64,000 bases of DNA from Oscillospiraceae bacterium (GTDB lineage Bacteria; Bacillota; Clostridia; Oscillospirales; CAG-272). A program made the position numbers and the translations under genes. The stretch spans positions 1,454-65,453 of the forward strand of contig SVUA01000002.1 in NCBI GenBank assembly GCA_015063485.1. The letters are read 5' to 3'. A model generated the notes under the pieces. It saw nothing but the letters and a program-made list of their open reading frames with translations, searched no databases and had not been told where the DNA came from. Shown here one piece after another: positions 43,589-53,509 of the stretch. Position 1 is the stretch's first letter, and the number at the start of each line of letters is the position of its first letter.

Positions 43589-43771
43589 AGTATATTTTCG
43601 GACAATTATAATAATTATTGAACAAATTTAAAATAATTGCGAAAACCAGTAGAAATTTTTTAGAAATTGTGTTATAATATTATATTGAATCGGTGTGCCT
43701 TCACATCGGTCGTCCGTAAACCGCGGACATCTTACCAAACGTAGCACAAGTGAACTCGAAAGGAACAACAA

Positions 43772-46204
43772 ATGCCAAAATATATAGAAAAAATAGAACA
43801 GCTTTACCTACCCGTCATATATCTTCGCGGTATCGTAGCCTTTCCGTCAATTCCTTTAAGCTTTGAATTGTCGGACGAAAGCGCGATACACGCCGCAGAG
43901 GCTGCTTTTGAGACCGATTCTCTCGTTCTCATTTGCGCCGTTCGTGATATAGAAGCAGAAAATATCACCCACGATTCTCTCTTCCGTACGGGTACGGTAT
44001 CAAAGATAAAACAATCTGTAAAGACTCCCGAAGGAAACATGAGAATAATAACTGAGGGTTACTCTCGCGCGAGCGTAAGCGAATTCCGCAGCTTTGCCGA
44101 TTACATAGCCGCAGACGTCATCTGCAAGACACTTACCATGACCGATGAGGACAGCATACGCTCCGAGGCATATTGCCGCGCTATGCTCACCGAAACAAAG
44201 GAGCTTGTAGACGTACTTCCCTCGATATCAAACGATATTTTGACTACCGCAAGCGCGATAAAGACTCCCGCGCTTCTCGCGGACTTTATCGCGGCGAATA
44301 TCCTCGTAAAATATCCCGATAAGCAAGAGATACTCGAATGCTTTGACCCTATCCGCCGTATCGAAAAGATAATCGCTCTCATCAGAGCGGAGCGAGAATT
44401 ACTTGAATGTGAATTACGTATTCACAAAAAGGTACGCTCAAACCTTAACCAGAATCAAAAGGACTTTTATCTGCGTGAGCAGGTAAGAGTTATTCAGGAA
44501 GAGCTTGGCGACGCATCAGATATCGACGAATACGAAGAACGCATTATGAAAGCAAAGCTTCCAGACGAGGTAAGAAAAAAGCTTCTTAAAGAAAACGACA
44601 GACTTGCTAAAACCCCGTTCGGCTCGTCCGAGGCTACGGTCATTCGCGCGTATCTTGACACCTGTCTTGAAATTCCGTGGAGCGCGGAAACACGCGACCG
44701 CGTTGACGTAAAGGCGGCTCAAAAGGTACTCGATGCCGACCACAACGGACTTGAAAAGGTCAAAGAAAGAATACTTGAATACCTTGCGGTAAAACAGCTT
44801 TCTCCCGAGCTTCGAAATCAGATGATCTGTCTCGTCGGCCCTCCCGGCGTTGGTAAGACCTCGGTGGGAGCTTCTATCGCTAAAGCGATGAAACGTAAGT
44901 ATGTACGCGTATCCTTAGGCGGTGTGCGTGACGAGGCTGACATTCGCGGTCACAGAAAGACCTATATCGGAGCAATGCCGGGACGTATAATCGACGCGCT
45001 TATAAAAGCCGAGGTAAAAAACCCTCTCATTCTTCTTGACGAGATAGACAAGCTGACCAGAGACTCACACGGTGACCCCGCGTCCGCTCTTCTTGAGGTG
45101 CTTGACGGCGAGCAGAACAAGGCTTTCCGCGACCATTTCGTAGAGCTCCCGTTCGACCTTTCAAACTGTGTCTTTATAGCTACCGCGAATACGCTCGACA
45201 CCGTTCCAAAGCCTCTGCTTGACAGAATGGAGGTAATAGAGCTTAAATCTTACACACGCAGAGAAAAGATAGCGATAGCACACGACCACCTTATTCCGAA
45301 GCAGTTAAAGCGCCACGGACTTTCAAAGCGTAACGTCAATATCACCGACGGCGCTGTTGGAGAAATAGTAGACTATTACACGAGAGAAGCGGGTGTCCGC
45401 AATCTCGAACGCAATATCGCCGCTATCGCAAGAAAGGCGGCAAAGAAGCTCGTCGAAAACGAGGAGCTTAAAAAGATAAAGGTCGACGAGACCGTCGTTT
45501 CCGAGTATCTCGGTGCGCGCAAGCTTTTGCCCGAGCGTATAAAGCAGCAGGACGAGATAGGCGTTGTAAACGGTCTTGCATACACCGATGCGGGCGGAGA
45601 TATGCTCCGCGTTGAAGTTGCGGTGCTTGACGGAACGGGCAAGATAGAGCTCACAGGCTCTCTCGGCGACGTTATGAAGGAATCGGCCAAAATAGCTGTA
45701 AGCTACGTTCGTTCCATCGCTTCAAGATACGGTATCCCCTCTGATTTCTACGCAAAGAAAGACATTCACATACATTTCCCCGAGGGAGCAGTTCCAAAGG
45801 ACGGTCCTTCGGCTGGAGTTACGATGGTAACGGCTCTTGTCAGCGCGCTCACAGGCAGATATGTTCGCCGTGACGTAGCGATGACGGGAGAGATATCTCT
45901 GCGCGGAAACGTCCTTGCCATAGGCGGTCTTAAAGAAAAGACCGTAGCCGCTTATTCGGCGGGGGTCACCACGGTGCTTATTCCCGAGGACAATATGCGA
46001 AATCTTGAGGAGCTTGATCCTCTCGTTCGCGAGCATCTTCGCTTTATCCCCTGCAAAACGGCGGCAGACGTTCTCGCAAACGCTCTTGTGCCAAAGGAAA
46101 GAGAAAACGTTTACGCAGAGAAAAAAGAAAAAAACGACAAGCTTTCGGATATTCTGCCCACAATAAACACAACGGATAACGTAAGCGCAACGGTATCAAG
46201 ATAA
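43772..46204 (+). CDS. lon: ATP-dependent Lon protease (LonA)
   Basis: It has an N-terminal LON domain, Walker A GPPGVGKTS, Walker B ILLDEIDK and the protease active site PKDGPSAGVTM. Confidence 0.95.
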   Translation: MPKYIEKIEQLYLPVIYLRGIVAFPSIPLSFELSDESAIHAAEAAFETDSLVLICAVRDIEAENITHDSLFRTGTVSKIKQSVKTPEGNMRIITEGYSRASVSEFRSFADYIAADVICKTLTMTDEDSIRSEAYCRAMLTETKELVDVLPSISNDILTTASAIKTPALLADFIAANILVKYPDKQEILECFDPIRRIEKIIALIRAERELLECELRIHKKVRSNLNQNQKDFYLREQVRVIQEELGDASDIDEYEERIMKAKLPDEVRKKLLKENDRLAKTPFGSSEATVIRAYLDTCLEIPWSAETRDRVDVKAAQKVLDADHNGLEKVKERILEYLAVKQLSPELRNQMICLVGPPGVGKTSVGASIAKAMKRKYVRVSLGGVRDEADIRGHRKTYIGAMPGRIIDALIKAEVKNPLILLDEIDKLTRDSHGDPASALLEVLDGEQNKAFRDHFVELPFDLSNCVFIATANTLDTVPKPLLDRMEVIELKSYTRREKIAIAHDHLIPKQLKRHGLSKRNVNITDGAVGEIVDYYTREAGVRNLERNIAAIARKAAKKLVENEELKKIKVDETVVSEYLGARKLLPERIKQQDEIGVVNGLAYTDAGGDMLRVEVAVLDGTGKIELTGSLGDVMKESAKIAVSYVRSIASRYGIPSDFYAKKDIHIHFPEGAVPKDGPSAGVTMVTALVSALTGRYVRRDVAMTGEISLRGNVLAIGGLKEKTVAAYSAGVTTVLIPEDNMRNLEELDPLVREHLRFIPCKTAADVLANALVPKERENVYAEKKEKNDKLSDILPTINTTDNVSATVSR

Positions 46205-46222
46205 ATTTTTACGGAGGAGATC

Positions 46223-46822
46223 ATGGCGCTCAACATTCAAAACGTAAATTTAAAAATAAGCGCGGGAACACCTAAGCAGATCCCTTCCGATCCTCGCGCG
46301 CAAGTTGCATTCTCGGGACGTTCTAACGTCGGAAAGAGCTCGCTTATAAACACCTTGCTTGGCAGAAAGAGCCTCGCGCGAGTTTCTTCATCGCCAGGAA
46401 AAACGATAACGATAAATTTTTACGACGTTGACAAGAAGCTTTACCTTGTCGACCTTCCTGGCTACGGATTCGCGAAGCGCAGTCCCGAGGAAAAAAGACA
46501 GTGGTCGGCTCTTACCGACGGATTCTTTACACAGAATAAAAATATCGACAGGCTTTCTCTCGTTCTTCAGCTCATAGACAGCCGAATAGGTCCTACGGCA
46601 GACGACGAAATGATGCTCGATTTTCTTACACAATCCGAAATACCGTTTGCCGTGGTCGCTACAAAGATAGACAAGCTCAACGCGACCGAACGAAAGAAAA
46701 ATCTTGAAGCTATAAGCAACCACCCGCTAATAAAGGACGTTTCAGTCATTCCCTTCTCCTCTCTTAAGGGAGAGGGCAAAGAGGAGCTTTGGAAAACGAT
46801 ATTCAAATACACCAAGCTTTAA
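46223..46822 (+). CDS. engB: ribosome biogenesis GTP-binding protein YsxC/EngB
   Basis: The G1 motif is GRSNVGKSSLIN and the G3 motif is LVDLPGYG. The NKxD-type motif is ATKIDK. It follows lon, as is typical in Firmicutes. Confidence 0.9.
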   Translation: MALNIQNVNLKISAGTPKQIPSDPRAQVAFSGRSNVGKSSLINTLLGRKSLARVSSSPGKTITINFYDVDKKLYLVDLPGYGFAKRSPEEKRQWSALTDGFFTQNKNIDRLSLVLQLIDSRIGPTADDEMMLDFLTQSEIPFAVVATKIDKLNATERKKNLEAISNHPLIKDVSVIPFSSLKGEGKEELWKTIFKYTKL

Positions 46823-46831
46823 GGAGAAAAA

Positions 46832-47488
46832 ATGACCCGCATTTTCATGGTTCGCCACGGACAGACCAATTATAACGTATACAAATATTATCAAGGACAG
46901 CTTGATACCCCTCTTAACGAGACAGGTATAGAGCAGGCGAACGCGCTTAAAGAACGTATTTTAAAAAGCAATATCCATATTGATGAAATATGGTCGAGCG
47001 ATCTTCAGCGTACAAGAGCGACCGTCACTCCGATTGCCGAAGCACTCTCGCTGACGCTTCATCTTCACGCAGGACTACGCGAGGTACACGTCGGAGATTT
47101 CACGGATAAGCCCAACGCGCTCGTCAAAGAGATATACAAAGAAAAGCTCGAAGAAATGGAAAAGAACTGGCACGACGCGACTTATCCAAACGGAGAAAGC
47201 AATGCGGGCGTTTGTAAAAGAATTCATAAAACAGTTTGTGAGATAGCAGAAAAAAACGACGGCAAGACCTTGCTTATCGCGTCTCACGGCGGTGCTATGC
47301 ATTGCCTTGTCACCGAAATATTTGACCGTCTTTGTATGGAAGCTCCCCAATTTTCAATTCCAAATTGCTCCATATTCACCTTTGAATACGAAAACGGCAA
47401 CATAGCTTTAATATCAATGGAGACCGCAGAGGGCGAAGAAATAAAATTTACAGATACTCAAAACAAAAAGGATATTAACGTATTATGA
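46832..47488 (+). CDS. histidine phosphatase family protein (phosphoglycerate mutase-like), paralogue 1
   Basis: Carries the RHG motif MVRHGQTNYN, the ..SSDLQRTRATV.. segment and the ..ASHGGAM.. segment. Confidence 0.8.
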   Translation: MTRIFMVRHGQTNYNVYKYYQGQLDTPLNETGIEQANALKERILKSNIHIDEIWSSDLQRTRATVTPIAEALSLTLHLHAGLREVHVGDFTDKPNALVKEIYKEKLEEMEKNWHDATYPNGESNAGVCKRIHKTVCEIAEKNDGKTLLIASHGGAMHCLVTEIFDRLCMEAPQFSIPNCSIFTFEYENGNIALISMETAEGEEIKFTDTQNKKDINVL

Positions 47489-48126
47489 CGAGAATGATAT
47501 TCGTGCGCCACGGATACAGCGTGGCAAACGAGGAGGAACGCTTTGCGGGACACTCGGACTTTACGCTTGCCGCGATAGGTCTTGAGCAAGCAAAGTGTGT
47601 GGCTGAATATATTACCAAAAATGAAAAGGTCGACAAGATATATTCAAGCGGACTTTTACGCACGACCCAGACAGTTCAACCTACCGCCGATGCGTTAGGA
47701 CTCCCCGTCATAGCCGATCACGGCTTGCGTGAGATATTCGCGGGCGAATGGGAAGGTATGAAATTCGTCGATATATTCAACCAATACAACGACGATTTCA
47801 GCATATGGCTGAACGAACTCGCGAACGTTCGTTGCACGGGCGGAGAATCAGCAAAAGAGCTTTTTGAACGTGTCTCCGACGCGGTCGTGCGACTTGGCGA
47901 GGAAAACGACGGAAAAACGCTTTTACTTGCCACTCACGCAACACCGATGAGAGTGGTAGATGCATTCGCTGACGGAGATACCTATGAAAAAATAGCAAGC
48001 CACAAAGCTCCGCCAAACGCATCGCTTCATATCTACGAATACGAAAACGGCAAATTGACACGAATAAAGACGAATATCGTCGAACACCTTAACGGACAGA
48101 TAACGAAGCTGCCCCCCACAGTTTGA
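47485..48126 (+). CDS. histidine phosphatase family protein, paralogue 2
   Basis: Carries FVRHGYSVAN, ..SSGLLRTTQTV.. and ..ATHATPM... Its start overlaps the upstream stop (ATGA). Confidence 0.8.
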   Translation: MTRMIFVRHGYSVANEEERFAGHSDFTLAAIGLEQAKCVAEYITKNEKVDKIYSSGLLRTTQTVQPTADALGLPVIADHGLREIFAGEWEGMKFVDIFNQYNDDFSIWLNELANVRCTGGESAKELFERVSDAVVRLGEENDGKTLLLATHATPMRVVDAFADGDTYEKIASHKAPPNASLHIYEYENGKLTRIKTNIVEHLNGQITKLPPTV

Positions 48127-48144
48127 TAAATAGAGGAACAAAAA

Positions 48145-49446
48145 ATGATAATCCATTCACATTTTGATGTAAACGAAAAAGGACACCTTACAATAGGCGG
48201 AGTTGACACAGTCGATCTTGCAAATGAATTTGGCACTCCCGCGTATATCCTTGACGAAAACGTAATAAGAGAAAACTGCCGTACTTACAGACGCGCGGCG
48301 GCGGAATATTTCGGCGAGGACGCGCTCCCTCTTTACGCTTCAAAAGCGCTCTGCTTCACGGGCATCTATAAGATAGCCGCACAAGAGGGCATGGGCGTTG
48401 ACTGCGTTTCGGGCGGTGAGCTTTACACCGCAAAGAAAGCGGGTTTCCCCGCAGAGAAGATCTATTTCCACGGAAATAATAAGACCGACAAGGATATCCG
48501 CGACGCTATGGATATGGGAGTAGGCACTTTCGTCGTAGACAATCACGAGGAGCTTTGCGCTATATCAAAAGAGGCGAAAAAGCGCGGAATAACGCAGAGA
48601 ATACTGCTTCGAATAACCCCTGGCATCGACCCCCACACGCATCGTGCGGTAGTTACGGGCAACGTCGATTCAAAATTCGGAAATCCGATAGTTACGGGAC
48701 AGGCAATGGAGATAGTCAAAGCGGCTCTTCAAACCGAAGGAGTGCACCTTGTTGGTCTGCATTGTCATATCGGCTCACAGATATTTGACCTTGAGCCCTT
48801 CTCCGATGCCGCAAGTATAATGGTTCGCTTTATTGCCGACATCAAGCGCGAATGCGGCTTTGAGGTCGAGGAGCTGAACCTCGGTGGCGGCTTTGGCGTT
48901 CGCTACACCGAATACGACAGAGAGATAGATTACGCTTCCTCGATTCGCGATATCGCATCTATCGTTACAGGTTTCTGCAAGGAAAATGATATCAGTATGC
49001 CGAGAGTTATACTCGAACCCGGTCGCTCTCTTGTTGCGGCGGCGGGCATTACGCTCTATACGGTAGGCTCGGTAAAGGAGATACCGGGATTCCGTACTTA
49101 CGTTTCTGTCGACGGCGGTATGCCTGACAATCCAAGATACGCTCTTTATCAGTCGCAATACACGGCAGTTATCGCAAACAAAGCAAATCAAGCGAAGGAT
49201 CAACGCGTGACTATCGCGGGAAGATGCTGTGAGTCGGGCGACCTTCTCGGCGAAAATATGGAGCTTCAAAGTGCGGAGCGCGGAGATATTCTCGCCGTTC
49301 TCGTAACGGGCGCGTACAATTATTCTATGGCATCAAACTATAACCGACTTCCCCGCCCGCCCATAGTTATGGTAAAAGACGGAAAGGCTCGTATAGCCGT
49401 CAAGCGCGAGACCTACGAAGACATCACGGCAAACGACGTTCTTTGA
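48145..49446 (+). CDS. lysA: diaminopimelate decarboxylase
   Basis: The PLP-binding Lys context is LYASKALC. The motifs ..HCHIGSQI.., ..EPGRSLVA.. and ..GRCCESGD.. are present, and the length (433 aa) fits. Confidence 0.9.
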   Translation: MIIHSHFDVNEKGHLTIGGVDTVDLANEFGTPAYILDENVIRENCRTYRRAAAEYFGEDALPLYASKALCFTGIYKIAAQEGMGVDCVSGGELYTAKKAGFPAEKIYFHGNNKTDKDIRDAMDMGVGTFVVDNHEELCAISKEAKKRGITQRILLRITPGIDPHTHRAVVTGNVDSKFGNPIVTGQAMEIVKAALQTEGVHLVGLHCHIGSQIFDLEPFSDAASIMVRFIADIKRECGFEVEELNLGGGFGVRYTEYDREIDYASSIRDIASIVTGFCKENDISMPRVILEPGRSLVAAAGITLYTVGSVKEIPGFRTYVSVDGGMPDNPRYALYQSQYTAVIANKANQAKDQRVTIAGRCCESGDLLGENMELQSAERGDILAVLVTGAYNYSMASNYNRLPRPPIVMVKDGKARIAVKRETYEDITANDVL

Positions 49447-49473
49447 TCTACGTCACAAAATATGGTTGTTTTC

Positions 49474-49606
49474 TTCAAATTTTGATTTGTCGGTTGGTCG
49501 TTTCCGTAGGGGAGCATTCCATATGCTCCCGAAATAACGGGCGGATATTGAATCCGCCACTACGGGTTTGTGCGAACACATCTCCCCGCTAAACCGCAAT
49601 TTCTTT
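49474..49606 (-). repeat. TIR-bounded modular palindromic intergenic element, copy E4 (short)
   Basis: The ends are TTCAAATTTTGATTTGTCGG and TCTCCCCGCTAAACCGCAATTTCTTT. The interior has an outer stem CCGTAG (49504-49509) / CTACGG (49560-49565). This stem encloses the hairpins GGGAGCAT..ATGCTCCC (49510-49530) and GGCGGAT..ATCCGCC (49540-49558). Confidence 0.85.
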
Positions 49607-49608
49607 GC

Positions 49609-49913
49609 TTCAAATTTTGATTTGTCGGTGGGTTTGATTTGACGAAACGGGAACGCACGAATGAAACGGTAATGCACGAACGAAACAGTTTTCACCAAGA
49701 GCCTTCTCCAGCGGAGAAGGTGGCAAAACGGGCGGACGTAACTCCCGTTTTGACGGATGAGGAGATCGCCGTTTAGTCTATGTATAATTTGATCTCCTCA
49801 TCAGTCACCTTCGGTGACAGCTTCTCCGCTGGAGAAGCCTCTTGGTTCTAAACGTTTACTTTTATTCTTGACATTTTAATATTTTAAACTGTCCGATAAA
49901 CCGCAATTTGTTT
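49609..49913 (-). repeat. TIR-bounded modular palindromic intergenic element, copy E5 (carries cruciform module C)
   Basis: The ends are TTCAAATTTTGATTTGTCGG and CCGATAAACCGCAATTTGTTT. The left ~70 bp align with E1 and the right ~75 bp align with E7. The interior at 49699-49839 is cruciform module copy 2. Confidence 0.85.
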
Positions 49914-49976
49914 GAATTTCAATCATTTAACGTGACAAATCAAAACAAAAAAACACAAAACGGAGTTGCTTTTATT

Positions 49977-50654
49977 ATGCTCAATTATTTAATAGGCGGA
50001 GGAGATATACGCTCTTACGTCATTCAGCTTTTGCTTTGTCTGCCCGTAGTTATGTTAGCCCTTTCGTTTCACGAAACGGCGCACGGCTATATAGCTTACA
50101 AGCTCGGAGACCCCACGGCACGTAATTTAGGCAGACTTACCATGAATCCCGCAAAGCATCTCGATATCCTCGGATTTATATGTATGCTTCTGTTTGGATT
50201 CGGTTGGGCAAAGCCCGTGCCGATAAATACACGATACTTCAAAAAGCCGAGACGCGATATGCTGCTCACATCAATAGCAGGACCGATATCGAACGTAATC
50301 ATGGCGTTCATCTTCGCTCTCATTATGAAGTTGTTTATCATGTTTGCAGGCTATATTCCAATGCCCCTTGACCCTGTAAGCACTATGAAATTTCTTTTCT
50401 ACTGCTTCTTGTTCTATGGCATACGCCTTAATATCAGCCTTGCGGTATTCAATCTTTTGCCCATTCCCCCGCTTGACGGCTCAAGGCTCATCACCTCATT
50501 TCTGCCTCCAAAGGCAGCTTATTGGGTGATAAGAAACGAGCGCATCATTTATATAGTTCTTTTGGTCGCTCTCTTCGTCGGCGTTCTCGACCCTCTGCTC
50601 AATTTTGCAACGAGCGGTCTTATGAATCTTATTTATCTCATTTTCGGCATTTGA
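49977..50654 (+). CDS. site-2 protease family (peptidase M50) membrane metalloprotease
   Basis: Carries the HExxH motif FHETAHGYIAYKLGDP and the second motif NLLPIPPLDGS, and is multi-TM. I place the start at ATG 49977. The TTG start at 49908 lies inside repeat E5. Confidence 0.85.
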   Translation: MLNYLIGGGDIRSYVIQLLLCLPVVMLALSFHETAHGYIAYKLGDPTARNLGRLTMNPAKHLDILGFICMLLFGFGWAKPVPINTRYFKKPRRDMLLTSIAGPISNVIMAFIFALIMKLFIMFAGYIPMPLDPVSTMKFLFYCFLFYGIRLNISLAVFNLLPIPPLDGSRLITSFLPPKAAYWVIRNERIIYIVLLVALFVGVLDPLLNFATSGLMNLIYLIFGI

Positions 50655-50690
50655 CACAATCTATAAATTTTACCGAGGTTTATCAACAGT

Positions 50691-51488
50691 ATGGAATCAG
50701 TTACTTACCGCCTTGAGCAGTTTGAAGGCCCTCTCGACCTTCTTCTGACTCTCATACAAAAGAATAAGGTCAGTATTACCGATATACCCATCTCTATCAT
50801 CTGCGATCAGTATATGGAATACATCACTGAAGCACAGTCGCTTGATATGGAGGTCGCCTCGGAATTTATCGTAATGGCAAGCGAGCTGATGCTTATAAAG
50901 AGCAAGATGCTTCTGCCAAGACCCGAGGAAGAGGAAGCAGACCCGCGCGCAGAGCTTACCGATGCCCTTCTCCGCTACCAACAAGCAAAGGAAGCGGCAG
51001 GCAAGCTTACGCCGCTATACGCTTATCACAGCGCGCGAATGGTCAAGGATACCGACGAGATATCGGTAGACAAGACCTTTGTTGCCGATCAGGACGTCAC
51101 CGCGCTTTGCTCTGCAGTCCGCAGGATCATAGCTTACAACAATGCGCTTGAAAAGGCGGCGAATACGGCGTTCAAGCCAATGATAAGCAAACCCATAATC
51201 CCCGTCGAGATAAAAATAGTTTCCATTCTACGCCACATGGAAACAAAAACGGTAGCATCGCTTGAGGAGCTTATAATTGATGAAGCCTCTCTCCCCGACC
51301 TTATCGCTTCTTTTCTCGGAGTGCTTGAGCTTATAAAAATACGAAAGCTCCTTATCGCCGACGATATCGACGAGGAAAACGCGCTTCTCAAGGCATCGAC
51401 AAGACTTATACTTAACACAGACGACTCTACCGTTGAGGAAAGCGAATATATCACAGACCTAAATGCTACGAATGAAGACGGCGAATAA
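50691..51488 (+). CDS. scpA: segregation and condensation protein A
   Basis: The N-terminus is YRLEQFEGPLDLLLTLIQKNKVSITDIPIS. Confidence 0.9.
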   Translation: MESVTYRLEQFEGPLDLLLTLIQKNKVSITDIPISIICDQYMEYITEAQSLDMEVASEFIVMASELMLIKSKMLLPRPEEEEADPRAELTDALLRYQQAKEAAGKLTPLYAYHSARMVKDTDEISVDKTFVADQDVTALCSAVRRIIAYNNALEKAANTAFKPMISKPIIPVEIKIVSILRHMETKTVASLEELIIDEASLPDLIASFLGVLELIKIRKLLIADDIDEENALLKASTRLILNTDDSTVEESEYITDLNATNEDGE

Positions 51489-51520
51489 AAGCCACTATAT
51501 ATAAAAGGAAGATATACGTT

Positions 51521-52138
51521 ATGGAAGAACAGATAAACGAATTAAAAAATATAGAGGGCGCTATCGAGGCTATACTCTTTGCCGCGGGATATCCCGTCAA
51601 GTACGCGAAAATAGCCGAGGTCTTGGGGCTTGATATCAAAAACACAAAAACGCTTATCGACCACATGAGCAAGGAATACAATAGTGAGAAGTCAAAGCGC
51701 GGTATATATCTGCTCACCTTTGAGGATACCTGTCAGCTTTGTACCAAAGAACCCTACGCTCCATACATACGCGAGGCTCTGGGTATCAAGAGAGGCGGTA
51801 ACCTCTCGGCTTCCTCAATGGAAGTCCTTGCCGTTGTGGCTTACAATCAGCCTGTTACGAGAACATTTGTTGACAAGGTGCGCGGAGTCGATAGCTCGTA
51901 TGCCGTAAACTCGCTTATCGATAAAGGACTTATCGAAGCTTGCGGAAGACTCGATGCGCCCGGTCGTCCCATGCTTTACGCTACCACCGATAAATTCTTG
52001 CGCGTATTCGGTCTTACCTCGCTCTCCGAGCTTCCCGCAACCGAAATAATGCTTCCACCCAAGGAAGATACCCCCATAGTCGACGAAAACACAGACGACC
52101 TCGTCGACGAACAAGCAGGTATCGTAATCGAGGAGTAA
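51521..52138 (+). CDS. scpB: segregation and condensation protein B
   Basis: Carries IEAILFAAGYPV.. and ..LSASSMEVLAVVAYNQPVTR..VDKVRGV.., and lies downstream of scpA. Confidence 0.9.
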   Translation: MEEQINELKNIEGAIEAILFAAGYPVKYAKIAEVLGLDIKNTKTLIDHMSKEYNSEKSKRGIYLLTFEDTCQLCTKEPYAPYIREALGIKRGGNLSASSMEVLAVVAYNQPVTRTFVDKVRGVDSSYAVNSLIDKGLIEACGRLDAPGRPMLYATTDKFLRVFGLTSLSELPATEIMLPPKEDTPIVDENTDDLVDEQAGIVIEE

Positions 52139-52192
52139 AGGATGCGTGTTACTTTCTTTTTCGAGAAAAAGAAAGTAACCAAAGAAAAAAAA
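52139..52192 (+). repeat. polypyrimidine/polypurine hairpin element abutting a stop codon, copy D3
   Basis: The sequence is AGGATGCGT + hairpin GTTACTTTCTTTTT-CGAG-AAAAAGAAAGTAAC (52148-52179) + CAAAGAAAAAAAAC. It starts 1 nt after the scpB TAA. Confidence 0.8.
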
Positions 52193-52210
52193 CGAAAGGA
52201 GAAAAAGTAA

Positions 52211-52933
52211 ATGACAGCACTTATCGTACTTGGCTGTATTCTGTTATTTTTCATATTTCTTCTTTCTATCAAGGTCAAGATAATCATATCTTACAGCGAT
52301 GAGATAGCATTGACCGTTCACGTTCTCGGATTAAAAATAAAGATCCTCCCCGCGAAAAAGAAAAAAGGTCCTCATAGCATGAGCGCGAAAAAAGCGGAAA
52401 AGATAAAAAAGAAGCTTCGCGCAAAAAAGCTAAAAAAGAACGAGGCTTCGAGAAAAAAAGCCGCAAAGAAAGAAGAGGAAAAGCAAAACAAAACCGAGAA
52501 GCCTAAAAAAACGCTTCCAGAGATACTCTATATCATAGGACTTGTGCGCACACTCGCCGCAAAGGTGATAAAGACATTTTTCAAGCATCTGCGAATTGAT
52601 ATAGCGAAGCTCAAGGTCGTTGTCGCAACAGGAGACGCGGCAAGTACCGCCATAGCTTACGGTGCGATAACGCAAGCGATAAATCTTCTCTTCCCCATTC
52701 TTGAAGAGGTCAAAAACTTTAGTCTGCCAAAGGAGACCGACATAGATGTTTCGGTAGACTATCTTTCGGAGGGCATTACCGCCGATATCAAGCTCGGCTT
52801 TGCTTTGCGCGTATGGCACGTATTCGCCGTAGCGTTCGGAGCGTTGTTTAAGCTTATCGGCTACCTCATAAAAAATCCGCGTCCGCAAAAGAAAGCTACC
52901 CCGGAAAACCACAAGGTCGGCGCAAAAAAGTGA
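52211..52933 (+). CDS. DUF2953-type sporulation membrane protein (YtfI-like)
   Basis: It has an N-terminal TM helix, then ..IKVKIIISYSDEIALTVHVLGLKIKILPAKKKK.. and a Lys-rich stretch. It lies directly upstream of a ytfJ homologue, as in Bacillus ytfI-ytfJ. Confidence 0.6.
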   Translation: MTALIVLGCILLFFIFLLSIKVKIIISYSDEIALTVHVLGLKIKILPAKKKKGPHSMSAKKAEKIKKKLRAKKLKKNEASRKKAAKKEEEKQNKTEKPKKTLPEILYIIGLVRTLAAKVIKTFFKHLRIDIAKLKVVVATGDAASTAIAYGAITQAINLLFPILEEVKNFSLPKETDIDVSVDYLSEGITADIKLGFALRVWHVFAVAFGALFKLIGYLIKNPRPQKKATPENHKVGAKK

Positions 52934-53005
52934 CGTTTCGCGGTCAACCGCTTACGTATATAAATTTGAATTTCTGAAATAAAAATATCGAAAGGAACTT
53001 AAAAA

Positions 53006-53425
53006 ATGGCAACTGAAAACAAAATTCCCGAGATCATTCGCTCCTCTATGGAGAACATTCGCTCTATGGTAGACGCAAACACCGTAGTAGGCGATCCTAT
53101 CGTAACGGCAACGGGTACGACCATTATTCCTATCTCAAAGATCTCCGTAGGCATAGCTTCCGGCGGTGTTGACTACAATCCCAAGAAAGAGGCTGCTCCC
53201 CGTCCCCAAAACTTCGGCGGAGGCGGAGGAACAGGTCTTACCGTTTCTCCTGTTGGCTTCCTCGTAGTAGATACCGACGGCGACGTTGAATTTATCAACA
53301 TAGGTCAGAAAGGCAAGCCCGATCCCGTGGATCAGATAGCTGACTTCGTTGAGCGTACCCCCGATATTATTGCAAAGATCAAGGATATCTTCTCAAAGGA
53401 CGAAAAGATAGACGACGATATCTAA
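53006..53425 (+). CDS. ytfJ: sporulation protein YtfJ (GerW family)
   Basis: The sequence is ..VVGDPIVTATGTTIIPISKISVGIASGGVDY.. GGGGGTGLTVSPVGFLVV... Confidence 0.85.
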   Translation: MATENKIPEIIRSSMENIRSMVDANTVVGDPIVTATGTTIIPISKISVGIASGGVDYNPKKEAAPRPQNFGGGGGTGLTVSPVGFLVVDTDGDVEFINIGQKGKPDPVDQIADFVERTPDIIAKIKDIFSKDEKIDDDI

Positions 53426-53509
53426 AACTTTTATCGCGAAGTAACATTTTTTCTCCTGCCCTTCCCATATTATTATATTAAAATGATGATATGGAAAGGA
53501 AATTCCGTA

